A DNA stretch of 60,097 bases, counting the filler. It is 6 parts of 6 records of this genome, joined end to end, with 100 filler letters (N's around TTAATTAATTAA, not from the genome) between each part and the next. Parts side by side here need not be neighbours in the genome. Positions count along the whole stretch, not along the records: positions 30,525 to 45,012 come from SRR20825019_748; positions 45,113 to 54,165 come from SRR20825019_751; positions 54,266 to 60,097 come from SRR20825019_756; 3 more parts are not named here. One strand, written 5' to 3'. The notes beneath the pieces are model-generated. The model saw nothing but the letters and a program-made list of their open reading frames with translations. It was not told the origin of the DNA and did not search any database. The translations under genes were made by a program, and so were the position numbers. Below are positions 43,103-54,489 of this stretch, one piece after another (position 1 is the stretch's first letter; each line of letters opens with the position of its first letter).

Positions 43103-44863
43103 TTATGCAATCGTTGCACGGAAGGCGCCGAATCGTGCCTTGTCCTTCGGGGAGTACACCTTAGGCATACCGCCATCCAACTGGATGGAGAAGGACTTGC
43201 CGGACACGGTGACACAGTCACCGGCGTTGAAAATATTGCAGAGGACCGTGCCGTCGGCGTAGTCATTATAGGTGATGGTGCGCTGAACGGCCTCACCTCC
43301 ACTTCCAACATTGGTAAGGGCCACGAAGGTGTCGCCCCGGGTGAACGCGTAGAAGGTATCGTCAGCATACCGCTGCACCTGGGGCTCGGAGGCGAGCTTC
43401 GAGACCGCGCGGTGCTTGTTGATCGTTGCAAGGAACTGGTACAAGTCGGATGACGTGTCGAAAGAGTTCCACATCACCTCACGATTCTGGGGGTCCGCGG
43501 AACCCGCAAAGCCCTGCAAACAACTGTCAGAATAGTCATTGGTCACATCCGCGAATCGACACACCTGTTCAGAACCATAGTACACAATGGGAATTCCCAT
43601 CCCGGTCAGTACGTACAAAAGCGCGTTCTTGTACAGAACACGGTCGCCCTGTGGATCGCGGGATTAACGACTCGATGGGGACACAGACGGCAAACACATA
43701 CCTGGGAGTTGAGGAACCGAGGGTTGTCGTGGTTGTCTACGAAAGTGCCTAGAAGACTCTGGTCACTGAAGGCAGAGTATGCCTTGAGCTGCTCCTGGAT
43801 CTTGTACATGGAGCCGTGATTCTGGAACACGTCGCGGAGAGTAAAGTAGAGGGGATAGCTGAGTACACTGTTGACGGGCTGAAGATGGCGATAATCAATT
43901 ATTAATGCGATCCCGAAAACCCCAACTGTATGGCACTTACACCCTGGTAGGGCGAAACGTAGTTAATGTCGCCATTAAAAACCTCTCCAATCGAGAAAAC
44001 TCCAGCGGACTGGGTGAACTCGCTCCAGAAATCCTTGGGCACCTCGGGAACAGTATCGATGCGAATACCGTCGAACTTATAGGTGGACACAAGGTCAGCG
44101 ATCCATTTCTTGAGGCCGTCCCGGACGAAGCCGTTGGACTGGTTGAGATCTGGCCGGGCCGTTAGGTGGGACGTGATGTGACTACATGAATCTACCTGGG
44201 AGGCCGGCGAGGCGGCAAACCTCGACCTGGTTCTGGTTATTGAAATCCTCGATGTTGCACGACTGGGGGCAAGAGTTACAGTCATGATAGTGCTCAGCCT
44301 GGTTGAAAGGCGAGAGCTGGCTGAAGTCGTAACCCACGGGGCCCATGTGATTCGCTACAACGTCAACCATGACATAGACCTACAGCGCAGTTAGCATGGC
44401 CCTGCATCTAACATCACACTCACTCACTCCGCGCTTGTGGCAGGCGTCAACGAGGGACTTGAGGTCATCCTTAGTTCCAAAGTTCTCGTTGATGTCGTAG
44501 AGGTCGGTGGCCCAGTATCCGTGGTAGCCACCGTTCAGGTTCTTCACGACAGGAGAGATCCAAATGGCGTCGAAGCCCATTCCAGTGATGTAGTCGAGCT
44601 TGTCCTCAAGACCCTTAAAGGTACCGCCGCAGTAGTTTGACAGGTCCGAGCCGCTTCCGCCAGAGAAACGGTCAGTTAGTACCTGCGGGAAATCAAGTCA
44701 GGGCCGAATAGAAGTCACAGCTATAGGTTTTGAGAACCTGGTATATGGTGCGGGAGCGCCAGTCGCTGGGCGTGCCGGAGGCAGTGTATTCCACACCAGC
44801 CCATGCGGGAGTGACTGCGGCAACGGCCACAAATATACACAGCAGCGCAGTCTTGTTCATCAT
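43103..44863 (-). CDS. Secreted alpha-amylase (GH13, Taka-amylase type), 7 exons
   Basis: WRSRTIYQ/VLTDRF, GFDAIWISP, YHGYW, DVVANH, GIRIDT, IGEVF, FVDNHD; introns 44683-44737, 44380-44427, 44150-44195, 43879-43940, 43649-43701, 43514-43564. Confidence 0.93.
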
Positions 44864-44954
44864 ATTGGCGTCTTCTGCATATATCACAGGCTGAGAGTGC
44901 ACATATATAGTTCTGAAAGCAAATCATTAGTGGTGAAGGGGTGAGAGGGCCTTC

Positions 44955-45010
44955 GGGGAGGGGCTCCTGGGGAGGGGCTCCTAGAGAGGACGGGGGGGGG
45001 GGGGGGGGGG
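44955..45010 (+). repeat. Tandem 14-mer (GGGGAGGGGCTCCT)x2 plus poly-G at the contig end
   Basis: Units 44955-44968 and 44969-44982; G19 at 44992-45010. Confidence 0.8.
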
Positions 45011-45012
45011 CC

Positions 45013-45112
45013 NNNNNNNNNNNNNNNNNNNNNNNNNNNNNNNNNNNNNNNNNNNNTTAATTAATTAANNNNNNNNNNNNNNNNNNNNNNNNNNNNNNNN
45101 NNNNNNNNNNNN
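45013..45112. other. Artificial contig linker
   Basis: N44-TTAATTAATTAA-N44. Confidence 0.98.
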
Positions 45113-45943
45113 TACGTGCTTCCCTGGGGCCAGATGAGCTTCTGGGGTGCGACCGTCATCACCAACCTGTTCTCGGCGATTCCGGTTGTCGGCGAGCATG
45201 TCGTCACCTGGCTGTGGGGCGGCTTCTCAGTTGATAACCCGACCCTGAACCGGTTCTTCGCGCTGCATTACCTGCTGCCGTTCGTGATCTTTGCGGTCGT
45301 CGTGCTGCACATCATCGCGTTGCACCGCTTCGGTTCGAACAACCCGCTGGGTATTGATGTGAAGGGCCCGCAGGACACGATCCCGTTCCATCCGTACTAC
45401 ACCATCAAGGATGCGTTCGGCCTCTTCGTCTTCCTGATCCCGTTCGCTTTCTTCGTCTTCTTCGCGCCGAACTTCCTGGGCCATCCGGACAACTACATTC
45501 CGGCCAACCCGCTGGTCACGCCGGCGCACATCGTGCCTGAATGGTACTTCCTGCCGTTCTACGCGATTCTGCGTGCGGTTCCGGACAAGCTGTTCGGTGT
45601 GCTGGCAATGTTCGGTGCCATCGCGGTGCTGTTCATTCTGCCCTGGCTCGACCGGTCCCCGGTGCGCAGCGGCAGCTTCCGGCCGGTCTTCAAGATCTTC
45701 TTCTGGCTGCTGTTCATCGACTGCATCGCGCTGACATGGCTCGGCGGCAAGCCGGCTGAAGGCTGGTATGTCACCGCGTCCCGCATCGCGACGGTCTACT
45801 ACTTCTTCTACTTCCTCGTCGCGCTTCCGCTGCTCTCGATCTTCGAGACACCGAAACCGTTGCCGAAGAGTATCAGTGAATCCGTGCTCGGTGGCTCTGG
45901 CGGACCTGCCGCCGCGCCTGCTGCTGCGAAGGAGAAAGCATAA
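45113..45943 (+). CDS. petB: Cytochrome b, 3' part
   Basis: [24 protein letters not shown]. Confidence 0.97.
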   Translation, partial: YVLPWGQMSFWGATVITNLFSAIPVVGEHVVTWLWGGFSVDNPTLNRFFALHYLLPFVIFAVVVLHIIALHRFGSNNPLGIDVKGPQDTIPFHPYYTIKDAFGLFVFLIPFAFFVFFAPNFLGHPDNYIPANPLVTPAHIVPEWYFLPFYAILRAVPDKLFGVLAMFGAIAVLFILPWLDRSPVRSGSFRPVFKIFFWLLFIDCIALTWLGGKPAEGWYVTASRIATVYYFFYFLVALPLLSIFETPKPLPKSISESVLGGSGGPAAAPAAAKEKA

Positions 45944-46713
45944 TGGGTATGAAATCTCTGATCGCGGCGACTGCTCTGTTCACGGCTCTCTCCATGGGCG
46001 GACAGACGGCACATGCAGCCGGTGATGCCATTCACCTGGAAAAGCAGGACTGGTCCTTCTCCGGACTGTTTGGCACCTTCGATCGGGCGGCCGCACAGCG
46101 CGGCCTTCAGGTCTACCGGGAAGTCTGCTCGACCTGTCATTCGCTGAACTTCATCTCCTTCCGGAATCTGGCCGATCTCGGTTATTCGGAAGCGGAAGTG
46201 AAAGCGATTGCGGCTGAGTATGAAGTTGTCGATGGCCCGAACGATGAAGGCGAGATGTTCACCCGTGCGGGCACCCCGTCGGATCGTTTCGTCGCACCGT
46301 TTGCGAACGACAATGCCGCACGGGCATCAAACGGCGGTGCTCTGCCGCCGGACCTGTCCCTCATCGTCGAGGCGCGGGCCGGTTTCGAGGATTACATCTA
46401 CGCTCTCCTGACTGGCTATGGAGAGGCTCCGGAAGGTGTCCAGGTCGCGGAAGGCATGAGTTACAACAAAGCCTTTCCGGGGCACCAGATCGCCATGGCG
46501 CAGCCGCTCTATGAAGACGGCGTGACCTATGCGGACGGCACCACGGCTTCGGTCGATCAGATGGCCAAGGATGTAACGACATTCCTGACCTGGGCGGCTG
46601 AACCGAACCTGGAAGCGCGCAAGCGGACCGGTGTTGCGGTGATCCTGTTCCTGATCGTCGCCAGCGGCCTGTTCTATGCTTCCAAGCGGAAGATCTGGGC
46701 CAGCGTTCACTAA
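45943..46713 (+). CDS. petC: Cytochrome c1
   Basis: RGLQVY.EVCSTCH, PPDLSLI, C-terminal TM. Confidence 0.96.
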   Translation: MGMKSLIAATALFTALSMGGQTAHAAGDAIHLEKQDWSFSGLFGTFDRAAAQRGLQVYREVCSTCHSLNFISFRNLADLGYSEAEVKAIAAEYEVVDGPNDEGEMFTRAGTPSDRFVAPFANDNAARASNGGALPPDLSLIVEARAGFEDYIYALLTGYGEAPEGVQVAEGMSYNKAFPGHQIAMAQPLYEDGVTYADGTTASVDQMAKDVTTFLTWAAEPNLEARKRTGVAVILFLIVASGLFYASKRKIWASVH

Positions 46714-46732
46714 GCATCCAGACATTGTGGCT

Positions 46733-46766
46733 AAAAAAGGCCGCGTCAGCAGACGCGGCCTTTTTT
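46733..46766. terminator. Bidirectional Rho-independent terminator
   Basis: AAAAAAGGCCGCGTC-AGCA-GACGCGGCCTTTTTT. Confidence 0.9.
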
Positions 46767-46799
46767 CATTTCAGCGATAATCGGTGAGCTGGAAACAGC

Positions 46800-47912
46800 T
46801 TAGTCAGCGTGAGAGGCGGCGATTTCCTGGAACCGGTCTGTAAGGACAAGGAAGGTATCCACAATGTCGGGGTCGAACTGGGTGCCACTGCCCTTCCGGA
46901 TCTCTTCCACGGCCGTCTCGTGCGGGAAGGCGGGCTTGTAGGCGCGTTTGGAGATCAGGGCGTCATAGACGTCCGCTACAGCCATCACGCGGCCCGTAAT
47001 GGGGATATCGTCCCCTGCCAGCCCTTGCGGGTATCCTGTGCCGTCCCAGCGCTCATGGTGGGTCAGGGCAATTTCCCGGGCCAGGCGCAGGAATGACCGC
47101 TCGTCTCCCGATCCGGCAACCGTTTCCGCCCGTATCAGGGCCTCGTGGCCAAGCGTGGTATGGGTCTTCATCACCTCGAACTCTTCGGGCGTGAGACGGC
47201 CGGGTTTCAGCAGGACCGAATCCGGCACGCCGACTTTTCCGATATCGTGCAGCGGAGCGGAGCGGTACAGCAGGTCGATTGTCTCGGGTCGGAGAAAGTC
47301 CGAGAACCGGGGATGTTCCCTGAGTGCTTCCGCAAGTACTTTTACATAGTCCTGCGTGCGGCGAATATGGTTTCCGGTCTCATTGTCCCGTGTTTCGGCA
47401 AGTGACGCGAGCGCGACGATCGTGGCGTCGCGGATGGCCCTGATATCCTCCGTACGCTGGCGGACTTCGCTTTCCAGATAACTGTTCTGGTCGCGCAGCA
47501 CATCGGCGGCGCGTTTCAGCTGAAGGTGATTGCGGACGCGGGTCAGCACGATCGGGGGGCTGATCGGTTTGGAGATATAGTCCACCGCGCCAAGCTCAAG
47601 GCCGTAATGCTCGTCTTCCTGGTTGCTGCGGGCGGTCAGGAAGACGATTGGAATGTCGCGCGTGGCCGGATCCGCTTTCAGGCGGCGGCAAACCTCGTAA
47701 CCATCCATCTCCGGCATCATCACATCGAGAAGAATGAGATCCGGCTGAGGATCCGTCGCCGCTATGGCGAGGCCGCGCTGTCCGGAATTCGCGATCTTCA
47801 CCTTGTAGCGGTCTTTCAGAAGGCGGCTCATCAAAGCCAGATTGTCCGGCGTGTCATCGATGACGAGGATGGTTCTGAGGCGGGAGGTCGTATCCATCAT
47901 TCTTCCGGTCAT
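46800..47912 (-). CDS. Response regulator REC + HD-GYP (RpfG-like c-di-GMP phosphodiesterase)
   Basis: LLDVMMP receiver; [29 protein letters not shown]. Confidence 0.93.
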   Translation of the reverse strand: MTGRMMDTTSRLRTILVIDDTPDNLALMSRLLKDRYKVKIANSGQRGLAIAATDPQPDLILLDVMMPEMDGYEVCRRLKADPATRDIPIVFLTARSNQEDEHYGLELGAVDYISKPISPPIVLTRVRNHLQLKRAADVLRDQNSYLESEVRQRTEDIRAIRDATIVALASLAETRDNETGNHIRRTQDYVKVLAEALREHPRFSDFLRPETIDLLYRSAPLHDIGKVGVPDSVLLKPGRLTPEEFEVMKTHTTLGHEALIRAETVAGSGDERSFLRLAREIALTHHERWDGTGYPQGLAGDDIPITGRVMAVADVYDALISKRAYKPAFPHETAVEEIRKGSGTQFDPDIVDTFLVLTDRFQEIAASHAD

Positions 47913-50900
47913 TGCCTCGCTGGAGAGGTAGTTTCCACTGCGGCACAGATCGAATGCGCCTGTTCGAAGTCGAAGCGGCCGATCGCGGCTTCGACTTCCG
48001 AGAACCGGACGCCGCCCAGAACCGGGCGCAGCGCGGCACCTTGTTCTGCCAGCACGTCCTGAGCCTCGGCATCGTCGTCCGCAAGCAGTGCGATAAGCTT
48101 GGCAAGAGCAGCGTGTCCGGCCTCGGTCGCTTCCGCCTCTATGCCGTTCTGATGATCTGGAAGAATGGACAGCTCGGCGGCTTCCAGGGAGGCCAGAACC
48201 GGCTCCAGTTCTGCCGAGAACCGGTCGAGCCGTTTCGTAATGCCGCCCGCATCCACCCGTTCCCTGATGGCCGTTTCCAGTGCGCTCGCCGCCTCGGAGA
48301 GCGACAGGGCGCCGATGTTTCCGGCGACAGACCGTGCTGTATGGGCTTCCCGCTCGGCTGTTTCAGTGTCGCCGGCCGCAAGTGCCTCCGTTATGCGCTG
48401 AACGGCTGATGACTGGCCTTCAAGGAAACGGGCAAGCATCCGGGCATATTCCTGCCGGTCCCCCAGGACCCGCTTGAGGCCAGCCTCGACGTCAATGCTG
48501 TCATGGAGGTCGAAGTCGGGACCGGTCTGGTTGTCATTGTTCTGGGGTGGCAAAGTGTGCGAAAGCGCTCCTTCAATGCCAAGAACGCGATGCAGAACGG
48601 AATAGAGAATGTCCGGGTCGATCGGCTTGGCGATATGGTCATCCATGCCGGCTTCCAGGCAACGCTCCCTGTCACCGCTCAGGGCATTCGCGGTCATCGC
48701 AACGATGGGCACCGGCCAATCCGGGAAACGCTGGCGGATTTCGCGTGTAGCGGTAAATCCGTCCATGACCGGCATCTGGATATCCATGAGGATGGCGTCA
48801 TATTGGGTGCTTTCGACGAGGGCGACAGCCTCGGCACCATTCTCCGCGATTTCAGGCATGGCGCCAAAGGCACGCAGCAGGCCGAGAGCCACGTCCCGGT
48901 TGAGTTCATTGTCCTCAACGACAAGGATACGGCGGCGGTCGAGGAACAGCGGTACAGGGCTGCTGGCGCCGGAGGGGTGTTTGGGGTCGGTCTCCCTGGG
49001 GTCATGCCGCAGGACCCGGAGCGCGGAATTGAACAGCTCGGACGGATTGAGAGGCTTGATCAGGATCTCGTCGATCCCGGCCTCTGCCGCGGCATTCATC
49101 ACATCGTCGCGGCCATAGGCTGTGGCCAGGACATAACCGGTTTTCTTGCCTGACAGGTTTTCTCGCCGCAAATGACGGATTGTTTCTATCCCGTCCATCT
49201 CCGGCATGCGCCAGTCCGCGAAAACAAGGTCGAAATGGGCGCCGCTCCTGACCAGCTCGATTGCCGCCGGGCCGTTATCGACGCTTTCGACCACGAAGGA
49301 CATCGATTTCAGCATCTCGCAAATGGCATGGTTTGCCGATGCATTGTCTTCAACGACAAGGGCTTTGCGGCCCCGGAGATCACGGCTCGCCAGGCGCTTG
49401 GTGCTCGAGCGCTCCGCCAGTTCCAGCTTGAGGTCGAGCCAGAATGTGGTCCCCTTGCCGGGCTCGCTCTTGACCCGGATGGTTCCGCCCATCATGCCGG
49501 CGAGCTTTTGCGAGATGGCAAGCCCAAGGCCGGTTCCACCAAACTTGCGCGTGGTCGACTCGTCCGCCTGCTGGAAGGACCGGAACAGCTTCTTCAATTG
49601 CTCGTCGGTGATGCCGATGCCGGTATCGCGCACGGAGAACCGCAGGAGGGCCGAGGTTTCCGATTTTTCGAGCAGTTTGGTGGCGATGCAGACTTCACCG
49701 GTTTCGGTGAATTTGACGGCATTGTTCGCCAGATTGATCAGGATCTGGCTGAGGCGGAGAGGATCGCCACGAAAATTGCGCGGCAGATCCGTCGGGACTT
49801 CAAAGATCAGCTCCAGGCACTTGGCGGCGCTGCGTTCGGCCACGACCGAAGAAATGCTTTCCAGAATTTCATCAAGCTCGAAGTCGGTCTCTTCCAGGAC
49901 AAGCTCACCGGCCTCGACCTTGGAGAAGTCGAGAATATCATTGATGATCTTCAACAGGTGGCCGCCGGACTGGTGGATCTTCCGGGCATATTCGGATTGT
50001 ATCCGGTCGAGATTGGTTTTTTGCAGCAGATGCGCCATGCCGATGATCGGATTGAGCGGTGTCCGGATCTCGTGACTCATATTCGCCAGGAACAGTGATT
50101 TGGCCTTGTTGGCGGCTTCTGCTTCCTCGCGGGCCTGGACGAGTTCGGCGTGGTTTTGCTTGCGCTCGGTGATGTCGCTCATCACGCCGATATAGAGCGG
50201 CTTTCCCTCTAGCTGGGTTTCGCTGATGGCAAGATCGATCGGCACGGGACTGCCGTCCTTGCGGCGGCCGGTGACCTCACGGCCGATGCCGATGATCTTA
50301 CGCTCGCCGGTCCGCAGGTAGTGTGCGAGATAGCCGTCATGATTGTCCGCATGCTCTGCCGGCATGATCATCGAAATGTTCTGACCGAGGACTTCTTCGA
50401 GCGTGTATCCGAAAGTCGCCGTCGCGCCCGGGGACCAGTGCAGGATGGTGCCCTGCTGGTTGATGGTCACGATGCCGGCATTGACATTGTCCATGATGGC
50501 CTGGAGGCGGGCATGGTTGGCCCGCGCATCCAGCTCCAGGGCCGCCCGGCGATCAATTTCCTGTCTGAGTTCCGAAGCTGTCTCGAACTGCCTGCCGGCG
50601 AAGGCGGCGGCCAGGGTCGCGGCACCAAAACAGACCACCAGCAGCGTGATGACAATGGCCATGGTCGTTGGATCGAGAGTGCTTTCCGTCCCGAGTACGT
50701 TGGTCAGGGGGAAGAACAGGGCTGCCTGCATCGCCGTGTAATGCATACCGGCGACGCTGCAGCCCATGACGATCGCGGCAACCGGAATGGCCAGTGGACG
50801 GAACGCATCCACGCTGCGGAGCAGGACGAGAACGCCGAGAGAGACAAAGGCCAGGACAATGGCAACCAGAACCGAGAGCGCGACCGTATAAACATCATAC

Positions 50901-51373
50901 AGGAGCATGGCATCGAGCCGCATCGCGGCCATTCCGGCATAGTGCATGGCACCGATGCCGCCGCCTTGCAGAACGGCGCCGATGGAGAGTTCGCGGAATG
51001 TGATCCTGTCGCCCCGGCTGATCACCAGCAGGGAGACCGTGCTGGCGAGCATGCCCGGCAGCATGGAGGCGAGCGTGATGAGCGGGTCGTAGGAAATACC
51101 GCAGGGCAGGGAGAAGGCCAGCATGCCGACAAAATGCATGCCCCAGATACCGCCGCCCATGCAGCCGCCACCCGCAGTCAGCCAAGCGGCGCGCGCGCGG
51201 TTACTTTTGGCTGCGGCAATGCGGGCAGAGGTCGAGAGAGCGACAATCGCCGCCATAATCGCAATGAATACTGACAGCGCCACGAGGCCGGGGCTATAGG
51301 TCCCTGGCAGGGCATTGGCTGGCTCAAAAGCCTCTTGGATCGGGGAAAAAAAACGATCGAGATACAGGTTCAT
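47909..51373 (-). CDS. Hybrid histidine kinase MHYT-PAS-HisKA-HATPase-REC-REC-Hpt
   Basis: MHFVGM/MHYAGM/MHYTAM, FixL-like [18 protein letters not shown], two receivers, AHT...GNIGA; start placed at ATG 51373. Confidence 0.92.
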   Translation of the reverse strand: MNLYLDRFFSPIQEAFEPANALPGTYSPGLVALSVFIAIMAAIVALSTSARIAAAKSNRARAAWLTAGGGCMGGGIWGMHFVGMLAFSLPCGISYDPLITLASMLPGMLASTVSLLVISRGDRITFRELSIGAVLQGGGIGAMHYAGMAAMRLDAMLLYDVYTVALSVLVAIVLAFVSLGVLVLLRSVDAFRPLAIPVAAIVMGCSVAGMHYTAMQAALFFPLTNVLGTESTLDPTTMAIVITLLVVCFGAATLAAAFAGRQFETASELRQEIDRRAALELDARANHARLQAIMDNVNAGIVTINQQGTILHWSPGATATFGYTLEEVLGQNISMIMPAEHADNHDGYLAHYLRTGERKIIGIGREVTGRRKDGSPVPIDLAISETQLEGKPLYIGVMSDITERKQNHAELVQAREEAEAANKAKSLFLANMSHEIRTPLNPIIGMAHLLQKTNLDRIQSEYARKIHQSGGHLLKIINDILDFSKVEAGELVLEETDFELDEILESISSVVAERSAAKCLELIFEVPTDLPRNFRGDPLRLSQILINLANNAVKFTETGEVCIATKLLEKSETSALLRFSVRDTGIGITDEQLKKLFRSFQQADESTTRKFGGTGLGLAISQKLAGMMGGTIRVKSEPGKGTTFWLDLKLELAERSSTKRLASRDLRGRKALVVEDNASANHAICEMLKSMSFVVESVDNGPAAIELVRSGAHFDLVFADWRMPEMDGIETIRHLRRENLSGKKTGYVLATAYGRDDVMNAAAEAGIDEILIKPLNPSELFNSALRVLRHDPRETDPKHPSGASSPVPLFLDRRRILVVEDNELNRDVALGLLRAFGAMPEIAENGAEAVALVESTQYDAILMDIQMPVMDGFTATREIRQRFPDWPVPIVAMTANALSGDRERCLEAGMDDHIAKPIDPDILYSVLHRVLGIEGALSHTLPPQNNDNQTGPDFDLHDSIDVEAGLKRVLGDRQEYARMLARFLEGQSSAVQRITEALAAGDTETAEREAHTARSVAGNIGALSLSEAASALETAIRERVDAGGITKRLDRFSAELEPVLASLEAAELSILPDHQNGIEAEATEAGHAALAKLIALLADDDAEAQDVLAEQGAALRPVLGGVRFSEVEAAIGRFDFEQAHSICAAVETTSPARQ

Positions 51374-51832
51374 GGCGCTCGTCAACGAAGGCGTCTTCGT
51401 GCTACGGGGCTGCTGCGTGGACTGGCGGGATAGGAGGGGAAAATTTTGACCCGGTGCCTGCCTGCTGCTGCGCTGGAAGTCTGTTTCAAAACTCCGGAAG
51501 TAGCGCGCCATATGACCGGGCCGGGCCATGCGGCTAACACTACGTGGACTCAATTCCAAATAGTTTAAGCGAAAATCCCTAATAGAGAGTTATCGGGGAG
51601 TCATTTAAATTGATCAATATCAATTTTTCTTCCCATAAAAGTGATGTTTGCGAGTGAAGGGCACCGGATACAGGGACTTAAAGTGGAGCTCTGTTGAATC
51701 GTTTCTCGTCTCCCGGTGATCCGGTCAGCGTGTTCCGGGAAAGGCTGTCCCTGGAAGTGTTTTGCCGTTGGCAATGGCGCGGCCATCCGCTAGGCAGGGA
51801 GCCGGGTAATTTCTGCAGAAAGGTTGCACCCC

Positions 51833-52720
51833 ATGACGGCACTGACGCGTGACGCGGTTCTCGGCTTTATCGGTGGCAGTGGGATCTACGAGATAGACGG
51901 CCTTTCCAATACGCGCTGGGAGGAGGTCTCCTCGCCTTTCGGCACGCCGTCCGATCAGCTTCTCTTTGGCGAACTGGACGGCCAGAAACTGGTCTTCCTG
52001 CCGCGCCATGGCCGTGGCCACAAGCTGAACCCGAGCGGGATCAACTACCGGGCAAACATCGACGCGATGAAGCGCGCCGGGGTGACGGATATCATCTCGC
52101 TCAGCGCTGTCGGATCTCTGAAGGAAGAATACGCGCCGGGCCATTTCGTGCTGATCGATCAGTTCATCGACCGCACCTTCGCCCGCGAGAAGACGTTCTT
52201 CACGAACGGCTGCGCCGCCCACGTTTCATTTTCCCATCCGGTCGCCGAAAGGCTCCAGGCCGCACTGGCAGAGGCCTGTAAGCGTCTCGGGCTGCCGCAC
52301 GATGTGAACGGGACCTATATCTGCATGGAAGGCCCGCAATTCTCGACCTTCGCGGAGAGCACACTGTACCGCTCCTGGGGCTGCGACGTGGTCGGCATGA
52401 CCAACATGCCGGAAGCCAAACTGGCCCGCGAGGCGGAGATCCCCTATGCCACCGTCGCCATGGTCACCGACTATGATTGCTGGCATCCGGAACATGACAG
52501 CGTGACGGTCGAGCAAGTCATCAAGGTGCTAACCGGAAACGCGGAAAAGGCCCGCGATCTGGTCCGAACCGTGGCCCCGATGCTGGCGAAGCGGCCGGAG
52601 ATGGACGAGCAGGGCGGCGACAACGCGCTGCAGTACGCCCTGATCACCCATCCCGAGGCCCGCGACCCGGATCTGGTAGCAAAACTGGATGCGGTGGCTG
52701 GCCGGGTTCTGGGTGGCTGA
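51833..52720 (+). CDS. mtnP: S-methyl-5'-thioadenosine phosphorylase
   Basis: IGGSG, RHGRGH, EGPQFST, GMTNMPEAKLAREAE, VTDYDCWH. Confidence 0.93.
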   Translation: MTALTRDAVLGFIGGSGIYEIDGLSNTRWEEVSSPFGTPSDQLLFGELDGQKLVFLPRHGRGHKLNPSGINYRANIDAMKRAGVTDIISLSAVGSLKEEYAPGHFVLIDQFIDRTFAREKTFFTNGCAAHVSFSHPVAERLQAALAEACKRLGLPHDVNGTYICMEGPQFSTFAESTLYRSWGCDVVGMTNMPEAKLAREAEIPYATVAMVTDYDCWHPEHDSVTVEQVIKVLTGNAEKARDLVRTVAPMLAKRPEMDEQGGDNALQYALITHPEARDPDLVAKLDAVAGRVLGG

Positions 52721-52768
52721 CGCTCGCCTGTGGCACTCTGCGTCCGGGCAGGGTAAGGTGGTTCCGTC

Positions 52769-53227
52769 ATGGAACGAACCTCGCAAGACAGCTCGTCCCG
52801 AGTGGGGCGGGTGGTGAATATTGGCACGGCACGGCTGGAGAACCTTTATCGGCGGGTCACGAAAGACCAGCCGGAAAGCCCGCGCTCGCTCCACGTCAAG
52901 AGCATCCTGGCGATGCAGAACGGCCGGCATGACGAAGCCGCCCGGCTGGTCGGCCAGGCCGCCGTGCTCGATCCGGCCGATGCGGATCATCAGCGCCAGC
53001 TTGGCATGACATGCTTCGAGGCGGGATGGCTGGAGCCCGCCGCCAGTGCTCTCAACCGCGCCATCTATCTCAACCCCGCCGATCCGGACCCCTGGTTCAC
53101 GCTTGGCCAGGTCTTCCAGGCAGCTGGCAATAAGGACCATGCGCTCACCTGCTACGAGCAGTGCCTGACCCTGAACCCGCGCTTCCATGATGCCCGCATC
53201 GCGATGGCGGAGATGGAACTGGGGTAG
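52769..53227 (+). CDS. Small TPR protein
   Basis: Three TPR-like repeats (LDP, LNP turns; LG motifs). Confidence 0.7.
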   Translation: MERTSQDSSSRVGRVVNIGTARLENLYRRVTKDQPESPRSLHVKSILAMQNGRHDEAARLVGQAAVLDPADADHQRQLGMTCFEAGWLEPAASALNRAIYLNPADPDPWFTLGQVFQAAGNKDHALTCYEQCLTLNPRFHDARIAMAEMELG

Positions 53228-53313
53228 GGATCGGGATTTATCCCAACAACCTCTTTTGCCTGCTGATCCAGTTTCGTGCGTTTCCTTCCGAAGAGCAGCC
53301 CCTATGCTCCCCA

Positions 53314-53335
53314 GGTTCCTGCGAAAGCAGGAACC
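53314..53335. repeat. REP/RPE-like hairpin GGTTCCTGC-GAAA-GCAGGAACC
   Basis: Perfect 9-bp stem with GAAA loop between convergent genes. Confidence 0.6.
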
Positions 53336-53379
53336 CAGTGAAGGCGTGCTCGTCCGTCATCGCTGCGTACTGAAAGAGG

Positions 53380-54042
53380 TCAGCCGAGCCGTTCCCGGAT
53401 CCCGTCGTGATGGGCGAAAATATCGTGTGCTCCGGCGGCGCGAAGCATGTCCGGCAGGTCCGGGTCGCCGCCGCTTTCGCCGACATAACCCCAGACGGTC
53501 ATGCCCGCTGCGGCGCCGGCGGTGACACCGGTCACGCTGTCTTCGATGATCAGGCACGTCTCCGGCGCGGCACCGAGCCGCTCGGCGGCGAGAAGGAACA
53601 TGTCGGGAGCAGGTTTGCCGTTCTTGACGTCTTCGAGGGAGATCAGGTGCGGGGCGAAATGCTCGATAAGCCCGGTATGGCGCAGCTTGCGTTCCAGTGA
53701 GGCGGCGTGGCTGTTCGAGGCGACGGCCTTGGGGCGTGTGATGCTGGCCAAAAGGGTATCGATGCCATCGGTGGGCTGCAGGGAGCGCTGGTACTCGGCC
53801 CAGGTTCCGTCTTTGACACCGTCATAGCTTCCTGCGGGCAGCGGTTTGCCGAAGGTCTCCAGATACTCTTGCTCGACCAGCGCGGCGAATTGCGGCCAGG
53901 CTTTGCCCTTGAAGCGCTTGCTGTAGGCGTGTGGATCGTAATGCAGCCCGATCCCGGCCAGGAAACCTCTGTAATAGTTTCTCAGGATCGACTCTGAATT
54001 AATCAGGACGCCGTCGCAGTCGAAAATGATGGCGGAAAACAT
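53380..54042 (-). CDS. HAD-IA family phosphatase
   Basis: FDCDGVL, VASNS, KPAPD, IEDS. Confidence 0.92.
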   Translation of the reverse strand: MFSAIIFDCDGVLINSESILRNYYRGFLAGIGLHYDPHAYSKRFKGKAWPQFAALVEQEYLETFGKPLPAGSYDGVKDGTWAEYQRSLQPTDGIDTLLASITRPKAVASNSHAASLERKLRHTGLIEHFAPHLISLEDVKNGKPAPDMFLLAAERLGAAPETCLIIEDSVTGVTAGAAAGMTVWGYVGESGGDPDLPDMLRAAGAHDIFAHHDGIRERLG

Positions 54043-54138
54043 GGGAGCATCCAGTCAGAAGAAAGGAGCTCCGGTTTAGGCAATTTCTCTGCGGCTGTCA
54101 CCGGTGGATGACCGATGCTTGAAAGCTAGAACAAAACT

Positions 54139-54165
54139 GTCATCCCGCACTTGATGCGGGACCCA
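54139..54165 (+). repeat. 5' end of an alphaproteobacterial REP/RPE-like palindromic element
   Basis: GTCATCCCGC-ACTTGAT-GCGGGACCCA at the contig break. Confidence 0.65.
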
Positions 54166-54265
54166 NNNNNNNNNNNNNNNNNNNNNNNNNNNNNNNNNNN
54201 NNNNNNNNNTTAATTAATTAANNNNNNNNNNNNNNNNNNNNNNNNNNNNNNNNNNNNNNNNNNNN
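54166..54265. other. Artificial contig linker
   Basis: N44-TTAATTAATTAA-N44. Confidence 0.98.
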
Positions 54266-54294
54266 GGTTGGGGGTTTGAATCCCTTCGCGGTCA
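54266..54294 (+). tRNA. 3' fragment of a tRNA, probably tRNA-Arg
   Basis: T-arm GGGGG-TTTGAAT-CCCTT, acceptor strand CGCGGTC-A; anticodon not visible. Confidence 0.6.
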
Positions 54295-54304
54295 CAATTA
54301 TAAT

Positions 54305-54354
54305 AAAACCACCAACAAACACTGTATAAACAAGTGTTTGTTGGTGGTTTTTTT
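54305..54354 (+). terminator. Long inverted repeat/terminator after the tRNA
   Basis: 19-bp arms AAAACCACCAACAAACACT / AGTGTTTGTTGGTGGTTTT followed by T-run. Confidence 0.75.
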
Positions 54355-54452
54355 GATTTTTAATACTATTTACAAGCCAAGAAGCTAAACCTTTTATTAA
54401 CACAAAATTAAAAGTTACACAACTGTTAATTAATAGCAAAATACATACATAC

Positions 54453-54469
54453 TAATAGTATTACTATTA
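54453..54469. promoter_or_regulatory. Probable TetR operator TAATAGTA-T-TACTATTA
   Basis: Perfect palindrome abutting a Bacteroidota -7 box TATATTTG (54468-54475), upstream of tetR. Confidence 0.65.
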
Positions 54470-54489
54470 TATTTGTGTATAATTAATGC

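Noticed and set aside
54266-54294. TTTGAAT T-loop as evidence of a degenerate att copy
   Set aside because: The fragment is too short, no integrase is nearby, and this variant may be native to the tRNA
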